Positions 6,915 through 15,890 of a stretch of 16,257 nt of DNA are shown here, one piece after another. Both the position numbers and the translations under genes were made by a program. Where the stretch lies: NCBI GenBank assembly GCA_038134595.1, contig JAYPVM010000020.1, positions 1 through 16,257 on the forward strand, read 5' to 3'. The notes beneath the pieces are model-generated. The model was given only the letters and a program-made list of their open reading frames with translations. It was not told the origin of the DNA and did no database searches. The DNA comes from Pseudomonadota bacterium. Lineage in GTDB: Bacteria > Bdellovibrionota_C > UBA2361 > OMII01. Within the stretch, counting starts at the first letter, position 1; every line of letters begins with the position of its first letter.

Positions 6915-7922
6915 TCAGTTAATTCCCAAGCATTCTCCCACCTCTTGAAGAGCAATTAACTGCTCTCTCCAATACTGTTCAGTTCCGTAATCAACAAATA
7001 CTCGCTTAAAAGCTGGATCCTCAAATCGTTTGGCAATCCAAGTCGTAAAGTGGATCATACGTAAGGCTCTCAAGGGCTCCCGTAACCGCATGCTTTCATT
7101 ACTAAAAGGCCTCATAGATCGATAACCCTCCAGAATAGCATCCTGCCTTTGCAGGGAATCGGCATCACGCCCAGGCGTTAACAGCCAGAGATCTTGCACA
7201 CACGGCCCCATTACCGAATCATCGAAATCAACCATAAAACACTGACCGCCTAGCCAGAGAATATTACCCAAATGGCAATCCCCGTGAATACGCTGAAGCG
7301 CCACATCATTAAACCATGGCTCAGATATCGAACAGATTTGTTCTGCTAAGCGGAGATAGTACGATTCAACCGAGGTAGGCAATAACTTTTCCATCCTGAG
7401 AAATTCAAGATTCGCATGGCCGTAGCTATGCACCGTCAGAGACAATCTATCTGAAAAAGTACGCTTAGCGCCAACCGTATGCAAACGAGCCAAGAGCCGT
7501 CCTATTTGAGCCAACTCCTCACCCGACAACTCATCGCAAATGCGCCCAGCTACTTTCGGAAACACCGAATATAGCATGCTTGTCCCAGGGACCACCTCAA
7601 CAGTCTCACCCGATGAAAATCGAATCGGAACAACAACCGGCAACTCGGCTTCAGCCGCATCCTGCAGAAACTGATGTTCCTCAAGGATCTGTTCCTTCGT
7701 CCATCTCCCTGGTCGATAAAATTTAATAACGCGAAACGCATCCCACCGCGCACTCTCTATCGGCAAATCAACATCAAGCTCAACCTCATAAACTCGGTTC
7801 TCCATGCTGTTTAGCGGCAATACTCTACCAGTACATCGAACACCCAACGCCTCTACAGCACAGAGAACCCTCTCGGGAGTTAATTCAAAAAAAGCCTTCG
7901 TGCTATCGCTACTTGAAAACAT
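6915..7922 (-). CDS. srkA: Stress response Ser/Thr protein kinase SrkA (RdoA/YihE)
   Basis: LNSMENRVY, KFYRPGRW...ILEEH.F, RIHGDCHLGN, VDFDD, QDLW, EPLRALR, DPAF. Start placed at ATG 7922 (GGAGG 8 nt upstream); ATG 7928 overlapping the permease stop is the alternative. Confidence 0.92.
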   Translation of the reverse strand: MFSSSDSTKAFFELTPERVLCAVEALGVRCTGRVLPLNSMENRVYEVELDVDLPIESARWDAFRVIKFYRPGRWTKEQILEEHQFLQDAAEAELPVVVPIRFSSGETVEVVPGTSMLYSVFPKVAGRICDELSGEELAQIGRLLARLHTVGAKRTFSDRLSLTVHSYGHANLEFLRMEKLLPTSVESYYLRLAEQICSISEPWFNDVALQRIHGDCHLGNILWLGGQCFMVDFDDSVMGPCVQDLWLLTPGRDADSLQRQDAILEGYRSMRPFSNESMRLREPLRALRMIHFTTWIAKRFEDPAFKRVFVDYGTEQYWREQLIALQEVGECLGIN

Positions 7923-7927
7923 TGCCA

Positions 7928-8923
7928 TTACCTCCCTCGAATCACCAGCCAAATAAACATTGGCCCACCTATTACAGAGGTAAATACCCCAGCAGGAATC
8001 TCAAAGGGCGCTATCACCACTCTTCCCAATGCATCACACACCAATACAAGTATTGCACCCAATAACCCAGCAGCCGGAAGCACTCTACGGTGTGGCAATC
8101 CCACCAAAAGCCGCGCTATCGCTGGAACAACAATACCCACAAATCCAATCACTCCACACTGAGACACAATCCATCCAACAACCATGCTAGAGATGACAAA
8201 AACAATGCGCGTTTGTCGATGAACATCCACACCCTTTACCGTCGCCATATCATCACCGAACAAGAACAGGTCAAGCACCCGAGCATTCCTGAATCCCCAC
8301 ACAAACGTGAGAGCAACAACAAAAAAACCAAGTAACAACACATCCCAAGGGGGTGAACCAATCGACCCCATCAACCAACGAGTAACCTGAAAGAGCTCTG
8401 CATAATTCGCTACGTATTGAACAAGCACCATTAAGCTGGAGCAAAAAAAACTAAACACCACTCCCACCAGAAGCAATGTAAAGGAATCTCGTCTCACATG
8501 GATTCGGTGAATCAACAGGATACAACAAACACTAATCATGGCCCCTACTAATGCCCACACCCCAACAAGAGCGCCACCACCAGCTGCCAAGCCAGACATA
8601 ATCGCTATCGAGGCCGTCAAAGCAGCGCCCGATGAAACACCCAAAGTAAAAGGACTGGCTAGATAATTCTTGAATAAAGACTGGTATATTCCACCCACTA
8701 CAGCCAGTCCAAAGCCGACCAGAAAAGCGCACAACATCCGTGGTATTCGAACATAGAGCAGGATCTTCTGAGCAGATTCATCAAACAAAAACTCCTGAAA
8801 TCCGAAAACAGCTGGCCCAGACATCAAGCTGAAGGCAACAGACACAAATGCGAAGAAAACGAGTACACAACCGCTTACACGCCGTCTGTAAAGGCCTCGT
8901 CCCCTTTCAGAAACTGTTTGCAT
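7928..8923 (-). CDS. btuC: FecCD/BtuC-family ABC permease (cobalamin or iron chelate)
   Basis: RIPR, QSLFKNYLASPFTLGVSSGA, WLMGS, GDDMA..KGVDV, GVIGFVGIVVP, EIPAGV.T..IGGP.F. Likely start ATG 8923; the track start 8944 is TTG. Substrate is inferred. Confidence 0.85.
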   Translation of the reverse strand: MQTVSERGRGLYRRRVSGCVLVFFAFVSVAFSLMSGPAVFGFQEFLFDESAQKILLYVRIPRMLCAFLVGFGLAVVGGIYQSLFKNYLASPFTLGVSSGAALTASIAIMSGLAAGGGALVGVWALVGAMISVCCILLIHRIHVRRDSFTLLLVGVVFSFFCSSLMVLVQYVANYAELFQVTRWLMGSIGSPPWDVLLLGFFVVALTFVWGFRNARVLDLFLFGDDMATVKGVDVHRQTRIVFVISSMVVGWIVSQCGVIGFVGIVVPAIARLLVGLPHRRVLPAAGLLGAILVLVCDALGRVVIAPFEIPAGVFTSVIGGPMFIWLVIRGR

Positions 8924-8955
8924 TCGATTTATCCATCCTCGCAATTAGGATCGGA

Positions 8956-9738
8956 CTAAACTGGCACTACAACCGATCCAGCAACAGACTCATGTTCAAG
9001 CCGCACGAAACCACACCGATACGCCTCTTCCAAATGAGTCACAACTCCATCCTCTGACGTACCCCCCTGCCAATAGCTCTCTCCATCGGCAAGCACTAGC
9101 ATTCTTGAGCAGGTTCGCAAGGCCAATGAGATATCATGCGTCACAAGAACGTACGACACTCCCATCTCCTCTCGACACTTCCTAAGAACCTCTTCAACCT
9201 GGGCCCGACCACAAGGATCGATACTCGACGTCGGCTCGTCCAACAGCAATATCTTTGCCCCTTGTGCAACTGCTCCTGCTATTAAAACCCTCTGAAGTTC
9301 TCCACCACTAAGATCTGGCAGCAACTTGTCGCCCAAATCTCCAACCAGACCATCAAGCTGAAGAATCCTTCGGGCACTACTTAACTCTAGAAACTCCGAC
9401 ACAGTAAAGCCCGGAAGGAATTCCATGCGCTGCGGCACCAAACTTACCAATTTAGAAAGCGACTCAGGGGCCTCTGAGGAAACCTCTCTTCCAAGAATCG
9501 AAACAGACCCCTCATACGACCGATACAAGCCACACAAAATACGAAGTAGCGTAGTCTTGCCCGCTCCGTTTGGTCCAACCACCGATACACAATCCCCAGA
9601 CTCCATCGTCCAGCACAAATCACGTACCATTTGCTTGCCATGAATGGCGAAATTTAAATTACTGACTGAGACAAGCGGCGCATTAGCCACCGAAGAACTA
9701 TCCATAATACAACAACTTACCTCAAAAAGAGCACCCAC
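8956..9738 (-). CDS. btuD: ABC transporter ATP-binding protein, BtuD/FepC-like
   Basis: Walker A GPNGAGKT, Q-loop VPQ, signature LSGGELQRV, Walker B LLLDEPT, H-loop VTHD. Start uncertain (GTG 9738 or ATG 9705). Confidence 0.85.
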   Translation of the reverse strand: MGALFEVSCCIMDSSSVANAPLVSVSNLNFAIHGKQMVRDLCWTMESGDCVSVVGPNGAGKTTLLRILCGLYRSYEGSVSILGREVSSEAPESLSKLVSLVPQRMEFLPGFTVSEFLELSSARRILQLDGLVGDLGDKLLPDLSGGELQRVLIAGAVAQGAKILLLDEPTSSIDPCGRAQVEEVLRKCREEMGVSYVLVTHDISLALRTCSRMLVLADGESYWQGGTSEDGVVTHLEEAYRCGFVRLEHESVAGSVVVPV

Positions 9739-9797
9739 ACACCTCTTCCTATCAGGCGTGCTCGACGAATGGTGCGAACCCCGAATGTACCAACCGC

Positions 9798-10685
9798 TTA
9801 ACGCTCACACAAGACACTAGATAACCTTTGTATCAGTTCAATATATCGAGGGCCGGGAACGCTGGCATAATCCTCCCGAAGAACAACAATCCTTCTCTGC
9901 CGAACAGCATTTATCGATTTATATCGCCTCCAAAATCTATCAAACTCTCCCTCCGAAAATTTATCGTGAGGGTCAACAATCTCCACGATAACATCTGGAT
10001 TAAGGGCTATAATACCCTCAGATGACACAGAGGGCACCGCCATCGTCCGAGCCGTATGCACGTTTACTCCACCCAACAGTCGCGCCACATCAGAGTAAAA
10101 ACCATCGCCACCAGAGATATAGATTCCATCACCCCCCGGAATATGCCCCACAACAAACATAAACCTCAACGCTTGATTATCGACACATCGCTCAGCCATC
10201 AATCGCTTTCGACTCTCAATCTCTTTTAATCGACTCTCCGCTAACGACCAAACTCCACACTCCCTTCCGATTAAGCGATAACTTTGCTCTATGCCGCTCA
10301 CACTCCGATGATCAACCCGAATCACCCTGACACCAACCCGCCGCAACAGCTCATCCGGCAACACAGTCTCCGAGAGAGCAAAAACAACATCCGGACTCCT
10401 TCGAATCACCTCTTCAATGTTGATATCAAGCAACCCACCCACATGCGGCACCTCTTGTGCGGCCTTCGGATACCGACAGTAGCGCGTCGTTCCAACAACA
10501 TGAGAGCCTAAATCAAGATCAAACAAAACCTCGGTAATGCTTGGCGCTAACGAAACGACTCGACTACAAGGCAAGCTAGGGGACGTCGCATAACACGCAA
10601 CTGGTCGGATTATAAGGGTCGATAAAAAGATTGTCAGCGCAAAGACGAGCACCAACGTACGATACCGACTCTGCCTAATATGCAT
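9798..10685 (-). CDS. btuF: Helical-backbone substrate-binding protein, BtuF-like
   Basis: Signal/TM segment, then RVVSLAPSITE.LF, VVG.T.YC.YP..A, NIEE....PDVV, SSE.I...NPD.I, AV...R, PGPR. Start ATG 10685 or 10703, overlapping the wcaJ end. Confidence 0.82.
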   Translation of the reverse strand: MHIRQSRYRTLVLVFALTIFLSTLIIRPVACYATSPSLPCSRVVSLAPSITEVLFDLDLGSHVVGTTRYCRYPKAAQEVPHVGGLLDINIEEVIRRSPDVVFALSETVLPDELLRRVGVRVIRVDHRSVSGIEQSYRLIGRECGVWSLAESRLKEIESRKRLMAERCVDNQALRFMFVVGHIPGGDGIYISGGDGFYSDVARLLGGVNVHTARTMAVPSVSSEGIIALNPDVIVEIVDPHDKFSEGEFDRFWRRYKSINAVRQRRIVVLREDYASVPGPRYIELIQRLSSVLCER

Positions 10686-12078
10686 TTCGGTTCTTAAACC
10701 CATTTAAAAAGGTCATCAAGATTATCTTTATATCAAGCCACAGAGACCAATTTTCAATATAGAACAGGTCGTGTTCTATTCGTTTATCAATAGAGGTATC
10801 ACCCCTCCAACCATTGACTTGCGCCCATCCTGTGATGCCCGCTGGCACCTTATGTCGCAACATATAGCGAGGGATACGTTGACGAAAATCCTTGATAAAC
10901 ACAGGTCGCTCTGGGCGCGGCCCAACTAAAGACATATCTCCCCGAAGCACATTAAGTAACTGGGGCAACTCATCTAAACTTGTCGACCGTAGTATACGAC
11001 CAAGAGGAGTCACCCGACTATCTCCAGGCTTGGTCCATCCTGGACCCTTGGCTTCAGCGTTGGTATACATCGTGCGAAACTTTACAATTCGAAATCGCGT
11101 CCCGTCGAAACTCACCCTCTCTTGCTTAAAGAGTATCGGTCCACGAGAAGTCAGTTTCACAAGAACTGCTATCAGAAAAAGAAGTGGCGATAAAACACAT
11201 AGAGCGCTACCTGCTATAGCAACATCCACAATCCTTTTGCTAAAAAGATTAATCCCATCAAGTGGGCACCCCTGCAAACTAATAACCGGTAATCCCTCAA
11301 ACTCCTCAATTGCGCCACCAATGCTCGCAAACTGGTAGAGGTCAGGAATAATCTTGATATCGAGAACAGAATCCTTGAGCTCGGTCATGATACTAGGAAG
11401 GATATATTGATCCTCTAATGGAACTGCTACCACAATCTGGTCGATATCAGCACACTCCAGCACACGGCCCAGATCCCCATACGTGCCGACAATTGGAATC
11501 CCCCCAGGCCCCCGGGAGTGCTCATCGGTTCGAGCAAGACAGCCAACAAGCTGAACACCGAGCTCCTGATGCAATCTCACTCGACTAACCATATCAGCAG
11601 CTACCCGACCCGCACCGACTATAAGCATATACCTTAAGTTGTAACCCTTACGTCGCACCTCCCGAAGAAAAAATCGAAGCACTGAACGTTCAAGCACCGT
11701 GAGCAATGTCGCTAGAAACCAAAAATAAACAAACACCAAACGGGAGAACTGATTGCTTTTCTCCCGAAAAAGATACGTTACCGAGATAAGCAAAAGAATC
11801 GCCAACGCATTACCATTGACAAGAACCCAAAGCTCCCTCGTCCGGCGCACTCCCCGCATCGGTTTATAAAGGCCCATCTTGCGGAACACAAACGCCCATA
11901 TAATCCAGATAAACAGCAACATGGAAACATACTGAGCAAAATCAGGGATGCCCTTATCTGCTGGCACCAAGTCCAAATGAAACCTCGCCCAGTACGCAAT
12001 AAGCCACGCAACAGAGACAACCATTAAGTCAGCGATTGCAAAAAGGTATTCAAATAACTGTCGCTTTTGCTTTAACAT
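10675..12078 (-). CDS. wcaJ: Undecaprenyl-phosphate glucose phosphotransferase (priming transferase, WcaJ/WbaP type)
   Basis: Four N-terminal TM helices, Rossmann-like LIVGAG domain, then KRIVD, KFRTM, RVT..G..LR.TSLDELPQL.NV..GDMSLVGPRPE, GITGWAQVNGWRGDT, DLFYIENWS. Confidence 0.95.
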   Translation of the reverse strand: MLKQKRQLFEYLFAIADLMVVSVAWLIAYWARFHLDLVPADKGIPDFAQYVSMLLFIWIIWAFVFRKMGLYKPMRGVRRTRELWVLVNGNALAILLLISVTYLFREKSNQFSRLVFVYFWFLATLLTVLERSVLRFFLREVRRKGYNLRYMLIVGAGRVAADMVSRVRLHQELGVQLVGCLARTDEHSRGPGGIPIVGTYGDLGRVLECADIDQIVVAVPLEDQYILPSIMTELKDSVLDIKIIPDLYQFASIGGAIEEFEGLPVISLQGCPLDGINLFSKRIVDVAIAGSALCVLSPLLFLIAVLVKLTSRGPILFKQERVSFDGTRFRIVKFRTMYTNAEAKGPGWTKPGDSRVTPLGRILRSTSLDELPQLLNVLRGDMSLVGPRPERPVFIKDFRQRIPRYMLRHKVPAGITGWAQVNGWRGDTSIDKRIEHDLFYIENWSLWLDIKIILMTFLNGFKNRNAY

Positions 12079-12269
12079 ACCGAATCTCGAAATTACGGGC
12101 TTTAGCCCCCCCTCTGTGCTCCGCTTCTCAAATCCGCGTGCCTATGGTTTTTTAAGAAAATTGCAAACTCACCCTCACGCCAGCTACAACATGATCCACC
12201 AAATACTTACGACAACATCCGTATCCGCATCATCCCCCAAGCAGACAACAACAGCCCCAGCGCAACTCT

Positions 12270-13493
12270 TCAGACGTGATTTCCAAACAGTCGCATAGAA
12301 TCCCTCTGTGGCGTTACAGCATTAACACTACCATGCCCCGGAAAAATATCACGTTGTTTCGCAAAGTCTTGCCACCGATTAAAGAAAACAGAGTAACTAA
12401 AACCCTCAGCATTCTCAATATTGCGGTCGCTAGAAAACGCATCCCTACTATCTCTAAATACCGTAATAGCTCGTGCAAACATCGTGCTACACCCTACAAA
12501 CCTCTTCGGGATAACAATACCAGTATAGCTTTCCTTACCTAACGGTACCCCCGAGGCCATCTTCCATCCCCGTAAAGTCTCCGAAACTCCTCCCGCATCA
12601 ATGGCTATTACCGGTCGCCCTGAGGCGAGACACTCAACCGGGACAATGCCAAAATCCTCGATACCCGGGAACAGTAACGCTTCGCACCGACGGTAGGCCT
12701 CCCAAAGAAACGCTTCAGAAACATGCCCAAAAAATCGAACTGAAGGCCCTGCCATTTTTTTCAAGCCCTCCAACTCAGGTCCCTTTCCAAGCACCCATAA
12801 AGGAAGTCCGAGTTTGGAGCACGCCTCTACCGCCACCTCCACTCGCTTATATGGCACAAGCGCCCCCGCACAGAGAAAAAAGCCCTCACTTTGCGCAAAC
12901 ACATCTCTCTCGTGCTGTGTCAAAACAGAATCAACCTCTCTACGCATGCGAACAGGAGGGGGAATAATAGTCGCGCGTCTTCCATAAAAGCGTCGAATCC
13001 TCGCCGCCACAAACGAGCTAATCGCAACAAACTCCGTAATCCGTTTTGCACATCGCACGTCCCACCATCGAAATGCCCGCAGAACTGGCTGTACCAAAAA
13101 ATACGTTACCCCCGAAAAATAAGAGGAAGCCTGATCCCAAATATAACGCATCGGCGTAAAACAGTAACACACGTGAGGCACATCAGGCTCTACCCGAACG
13201 TTCTTTGCCACCGCATGACTTAACGATATAACAAGGTCATATCCCCTCACATCCAGCGACCCCACGGCCAGAGGAAAGAGCGGCAAACACGCCCTGTAAA
13301 GCTTAGCAATACCCGGAATTTTATTTAAAAAGGAAACTCCCTTGACCCGACTATCGATCAACGTAGAACTTGCGCCGGGAATATGAACAAGCGTAAAAAC
13401 ATCCGCATCTGGATACAAACCAATAAAAGCCTCAAGACAGCGCTCCCCTCCTCGCATTCCTGTTAACCAATCATGTACCAACGCAACCTTCAC
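12270..13493 (-). CDS. Glycosyltransferase family 4 (WbaZ-like)
   Basis: KVALVHDWL...RGGER, YCFTPMRY.WD, LVPYKR, Ex7E motif EDFGIVPVE. GTG start overlaps the upstream TGA; GGAG RBS. Confidence 0.93.
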   Translation of the reverse strand: MKVALVHDWLTGMRGGERCLEAFIGLYPDADVFTLVHIPGASSTLIDSRVKGVSFLNKIPGIAKLYRACLPLFPLAVGSLDVRGYDLVISLSHAVAKNVRVEPDVPHVCYCFTPMRYIWDQASSYFSGVTYFLVQPVLRAFRWWDVRCAKRITEFVAISSFVAARIRRFYGRRATIIPPPVRMRREVDSVLTQHERDVFAQSEGFFLCAGALVPYKRVEVAVEACSKLGLPLWVLGKGPELEGLKKMAGPSVRFFGHVSEAFLWEAYRRCEALLFPGIEDFGIVPVECLASGRPVIAIDAGGVSETLRGWKMASGVPLGKESYTGIVIPKRFVGCSTMFARAITVFRDSRDAFSSDRNIENAEGFSYSVFFNRWQDFAKQRDIFPGHGSVNAVTPQRDSMRLFGNHV

Positions 13494-14635
13494 ATCAACT
13501 CCTGTGCTGCTACTACATTCGTGTATACGTCAAGTAATTGCTTCGATATATTTGGTAATGAGAACTTCTCCAAATGCTGCTTTTTCGACTCCATCGAAAC
13601 ACGTGTCGCTAAACAACTCTCATGCATACCAGCAACCAACGCTTCGACTGAGAAATCAGTCGTTACAATATCATCGTTTGCTACCAGTTCCTTTAACGCA
13701 CCAACAGGCCGACAAATAACACGGGTTCCTAAACTCTGCGCCTCAACCGCGGGCAAACAGAACCCCTCTGCAAATGACGGTACAATCAACGACTGCGCCC
13801 CTCGATAGAGCTGTCGAAGAACATCAACCTCGACTGCACCACATATCTCGACCCCTTCGACAACAACATCATCGTTAGTAACTCGAAGAGCTTCTGCTCC
13901 ATACCCCGCCAAAACAAGCTTCGGACACTCTCGACCGCTATGCCTAGTCATAAACTCATTTCGAAAAACAGAATACGCATTCAAAAGATCCGCGATACCC
14001 TTGTGAGGCTTAGTGTTCGACAACACCGACACAAAATATGGCGAGTCCGTATTTTGAATACGAAACATATCTCCCTCTTCCATCAAATACGGTGAGATTG
14101 CATTCGGAATACAAACTACTCTTTGTTCGTCTACACCGAACTGAGCTATCACGCCACTGCGGGTATCTTCGCTTACCGCAATCACCATCCGAGACCTCTT
14201 AATCGCCGACGCTATCAGCCTTCTCGCAATCAATGGATAATAAAACGACTGAGGATGCGTGAGATGAATTAAATCATGGACAGTTACAACGGTTGGTATT
14301 GGTATGCCGAAAGGCACCGTATAGTGAGGGGCATGGAACAAGTCGAATTGCGAAAAATCAATCGCCCTGGCAAGGAGAAAGTATTCGCGAAAGGAGTATT
14401 GACGAGCAGTGCTGAAAATCCAATTTACCGAGTCAGCCCAGGAAAACAACTCCCGAGAACACGGCGAACCAATGACCGTTACCCTGACATCGCTAAACTG
14501 CAACAAACCCAAGATAGCGTTCTCGATGTACACACCGATCCCACCATCTCCAAGCTTTCTACCATCAATGAGTAGACGCAAGGGTCTTCCATTTGACGAA
14601 GTCGTATCGATTAATTCGCTACTTTCCTGTTCCAC
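13490..14635 (-). CDS. Glycosyltransferase family 4 (MtfB/WbpY-like)
   Basis: IDGR....GIGVY, VVTVHDLI, AVSE.T, PHKG, Ex7E motif EGFCLPAVE. Confidence 0.9.
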   Translation of the reverse strand: MEQESSELIDTTSSNGRPLRLLIDGRKLGDGGIGVYIENAILGLLQFSDVRVTVIGSPCSRELFSWADSVNWIFSTARQYSFREYFLLARAIDFSQFDLFHAPHYTVPFGIPIPTVVTVHDLIHLTHPQSFYYPLIARRLIASAIKRSRMVIAVSEDTRSGVIAQFGVDEQRVVCIPNAISPYLMEEGDMFRIQNTDSPYFVSVLSNTKPHKGIADLLNAYSVFRNEFMTRHSGRECPKLVLAGYGAEALRVTNDDVVVEGVEICGAVEVDVLRQLYRGAQSLIVPSFAEGFCLPAVEAQSLGTRVICRPVGALKELVANDDIVTTDFSVEALVAGMHESCLATRVSMESKKQHLEKFSLPNISKQLLDVYTNVVAAQELM

Positions 14636-15600
14636 GGTGAAGAATCATCTCCCTCTTGGGCAGTGAATACACGCCGCACTACATAAATCTTTTTATTCTG
14701 AGACTCATAATACGTTCTGGCTAGTACTTCAGCGAGCAATCCAAAAACCAGAAACTGCAGGCCAATAATGACCATCATCACACCCAACGAAAGAAGCGGT
14801 CTGCTACCCATCGGAATGTGATTGAAAAATCTATCGTATGTGATGAGCCCTAATACAAGCGAACCTAGAAGAGCAGAGCCAACCCCAACAACACCGAAGA
14901 GATGAATCGGGCGCTTCGAATACCCAAGCAGAAACTTCACAGTAAGAAGATCTAAAATTACCCGAATCGTTCGAGAGATACCGTACTTAGTCGTCCCGAA
15001 ACGTCGCTCGCGATGATTTACAGGAACCTCTACAATCCTGGCTCCCATCTCATTGGCTAACGCTGGAATAAATCGATGCATCTCTCCATAAAGTCGCAAA
15101 CCCTTTGCCACTTCTCTAGTCATAACCTTCAGGGTACAACCGTAGTCATGCAATCGCACTCCCGTTGACCACGAGATAATGCGGTTTGCAATCATACTTG
15201 GAATCTTTCTACTGACTAACTTGTCCTTTCTATCCTTTCTCCAACCAGCAACAAGGTCATACCCTTCCTCAAGCTTAGCAACCATCTCAGGAATCTCGGC
15301 TGGATCGTTCTGCAAGTCTCCATCAAGGGCGATAACTATCTCATACTGCGCATGATCAAATCCCGCAGCCATCGCCGCTGTTTGCCCAAAGTTTCTCCGA
15401 AGCTGTACAAGCTGTAGATGCGAATCACTCCCACCAGCCTCAAGCAAACGAGATACCGTGGCATCTCTCGAGCCATCATCAACATAAATTATCTCATAGG
15501 GACGCTGTAAATGAGACAGGACTGCCGTAATTTCACGAAATCCTTCGGCAACATTATCCTCTTCGTTGTATACTGGAATAACTACAGAAATACCCTTCAT
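14611..15600 (-). CDS. Glycosyltransferase family 2, polyprenol-phosphate glycosyltransferase (DPM1/GtrB/ArnC-like)
   Basis: ISVVIPVYNEE, VDDGS.D, RRNFGQTAA..AG, DGDLQNDP, GEMHRFIP, two C-terminal TM helices. Start moved from 15666 to ATG 15600; 329 aa. Confidence 0.93.
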   Translation of the reverse strand: MKGISVVIPVYNEEDNVAEGFREITAVLSHLQRPYEIIYVDDGSRDATVSRLLEAGGSDSHLQLVQLRRNFGQTAAMAAGFDHAQYEIVIALDGDLQNDPAEIPEMVAKLEEGYDLVAGWRKDRKDKLVSRKIPSMIANRIISWSTGVRLHDYGCTLKVMTREVAKGLRLYGEMHRFIPALANEMGARIVEVPVNHRERRFGTTKYGISRTIRVILDLLTVKFLLGYSKRPIHLFGVVGVGSALLGSLVLGLITYDRFFNHIPMGSRPLLSLGVMMVIIGLQFLVFGLLAEVLARTYYESQNKKIYVVRRVFTAQEGDDSSPWNRKVAN

Positions 15601-15825
15601 ACCACTCTTCCAAAACACGTAGACACAATGTGTAATCTGACAAACCGAAGTCAGGGTAACACACAATCAAAACTAAACACAGCATCCCTAAAATCGGGGC
15701 GCAATATCTCCTAACTCCCTGTACTGCCTATGATAAAAACCTATCGCAAGTCTCCTCCTAACTACGTCCCGTAGAGCCTTACAAGCCTCTCCAACTGAAA
15801 ACACTAAAACTGCGGCAAACAAAGC

Positions 15826-15853
15826 TTCTCAAGCATCCTAACTATGTTATAAA
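15826..15853 (+). promoter_or_regulatory. Candidate extended -10 promoter for the rightmost gene
   Basis: TTCTCA (15826-15831) - 16 nt - TATAAA (15848-15853), preceded by TG-n (15845-15847). Confidence 0.35.
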
Positions 15854-15890
15854 ATAAAGAGGCGCCTACATAAGGGATAACATCAGTAAC

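Noticed and set aside
12079..12269. Sigma54 promoter, small RNA or ORF 12116..12298 upstream of wcaJ
   Set aside because: AGGCAC-GCGGA-TTTGA lacks the -12 GC and correct spacing; only a 4-bp GGGC/GCCC hairpin is present; the ORF is antisense and compositionally biased.
1695..15714. Remaining short ORFs nested in or antisense to the called genes (e.g. 2660..3070, 10892..11338, 12891..13223, 13473..13808)
   Set aside because: They overlap well-supported genes, lack family motifs, and are expected from strand-biased composition.
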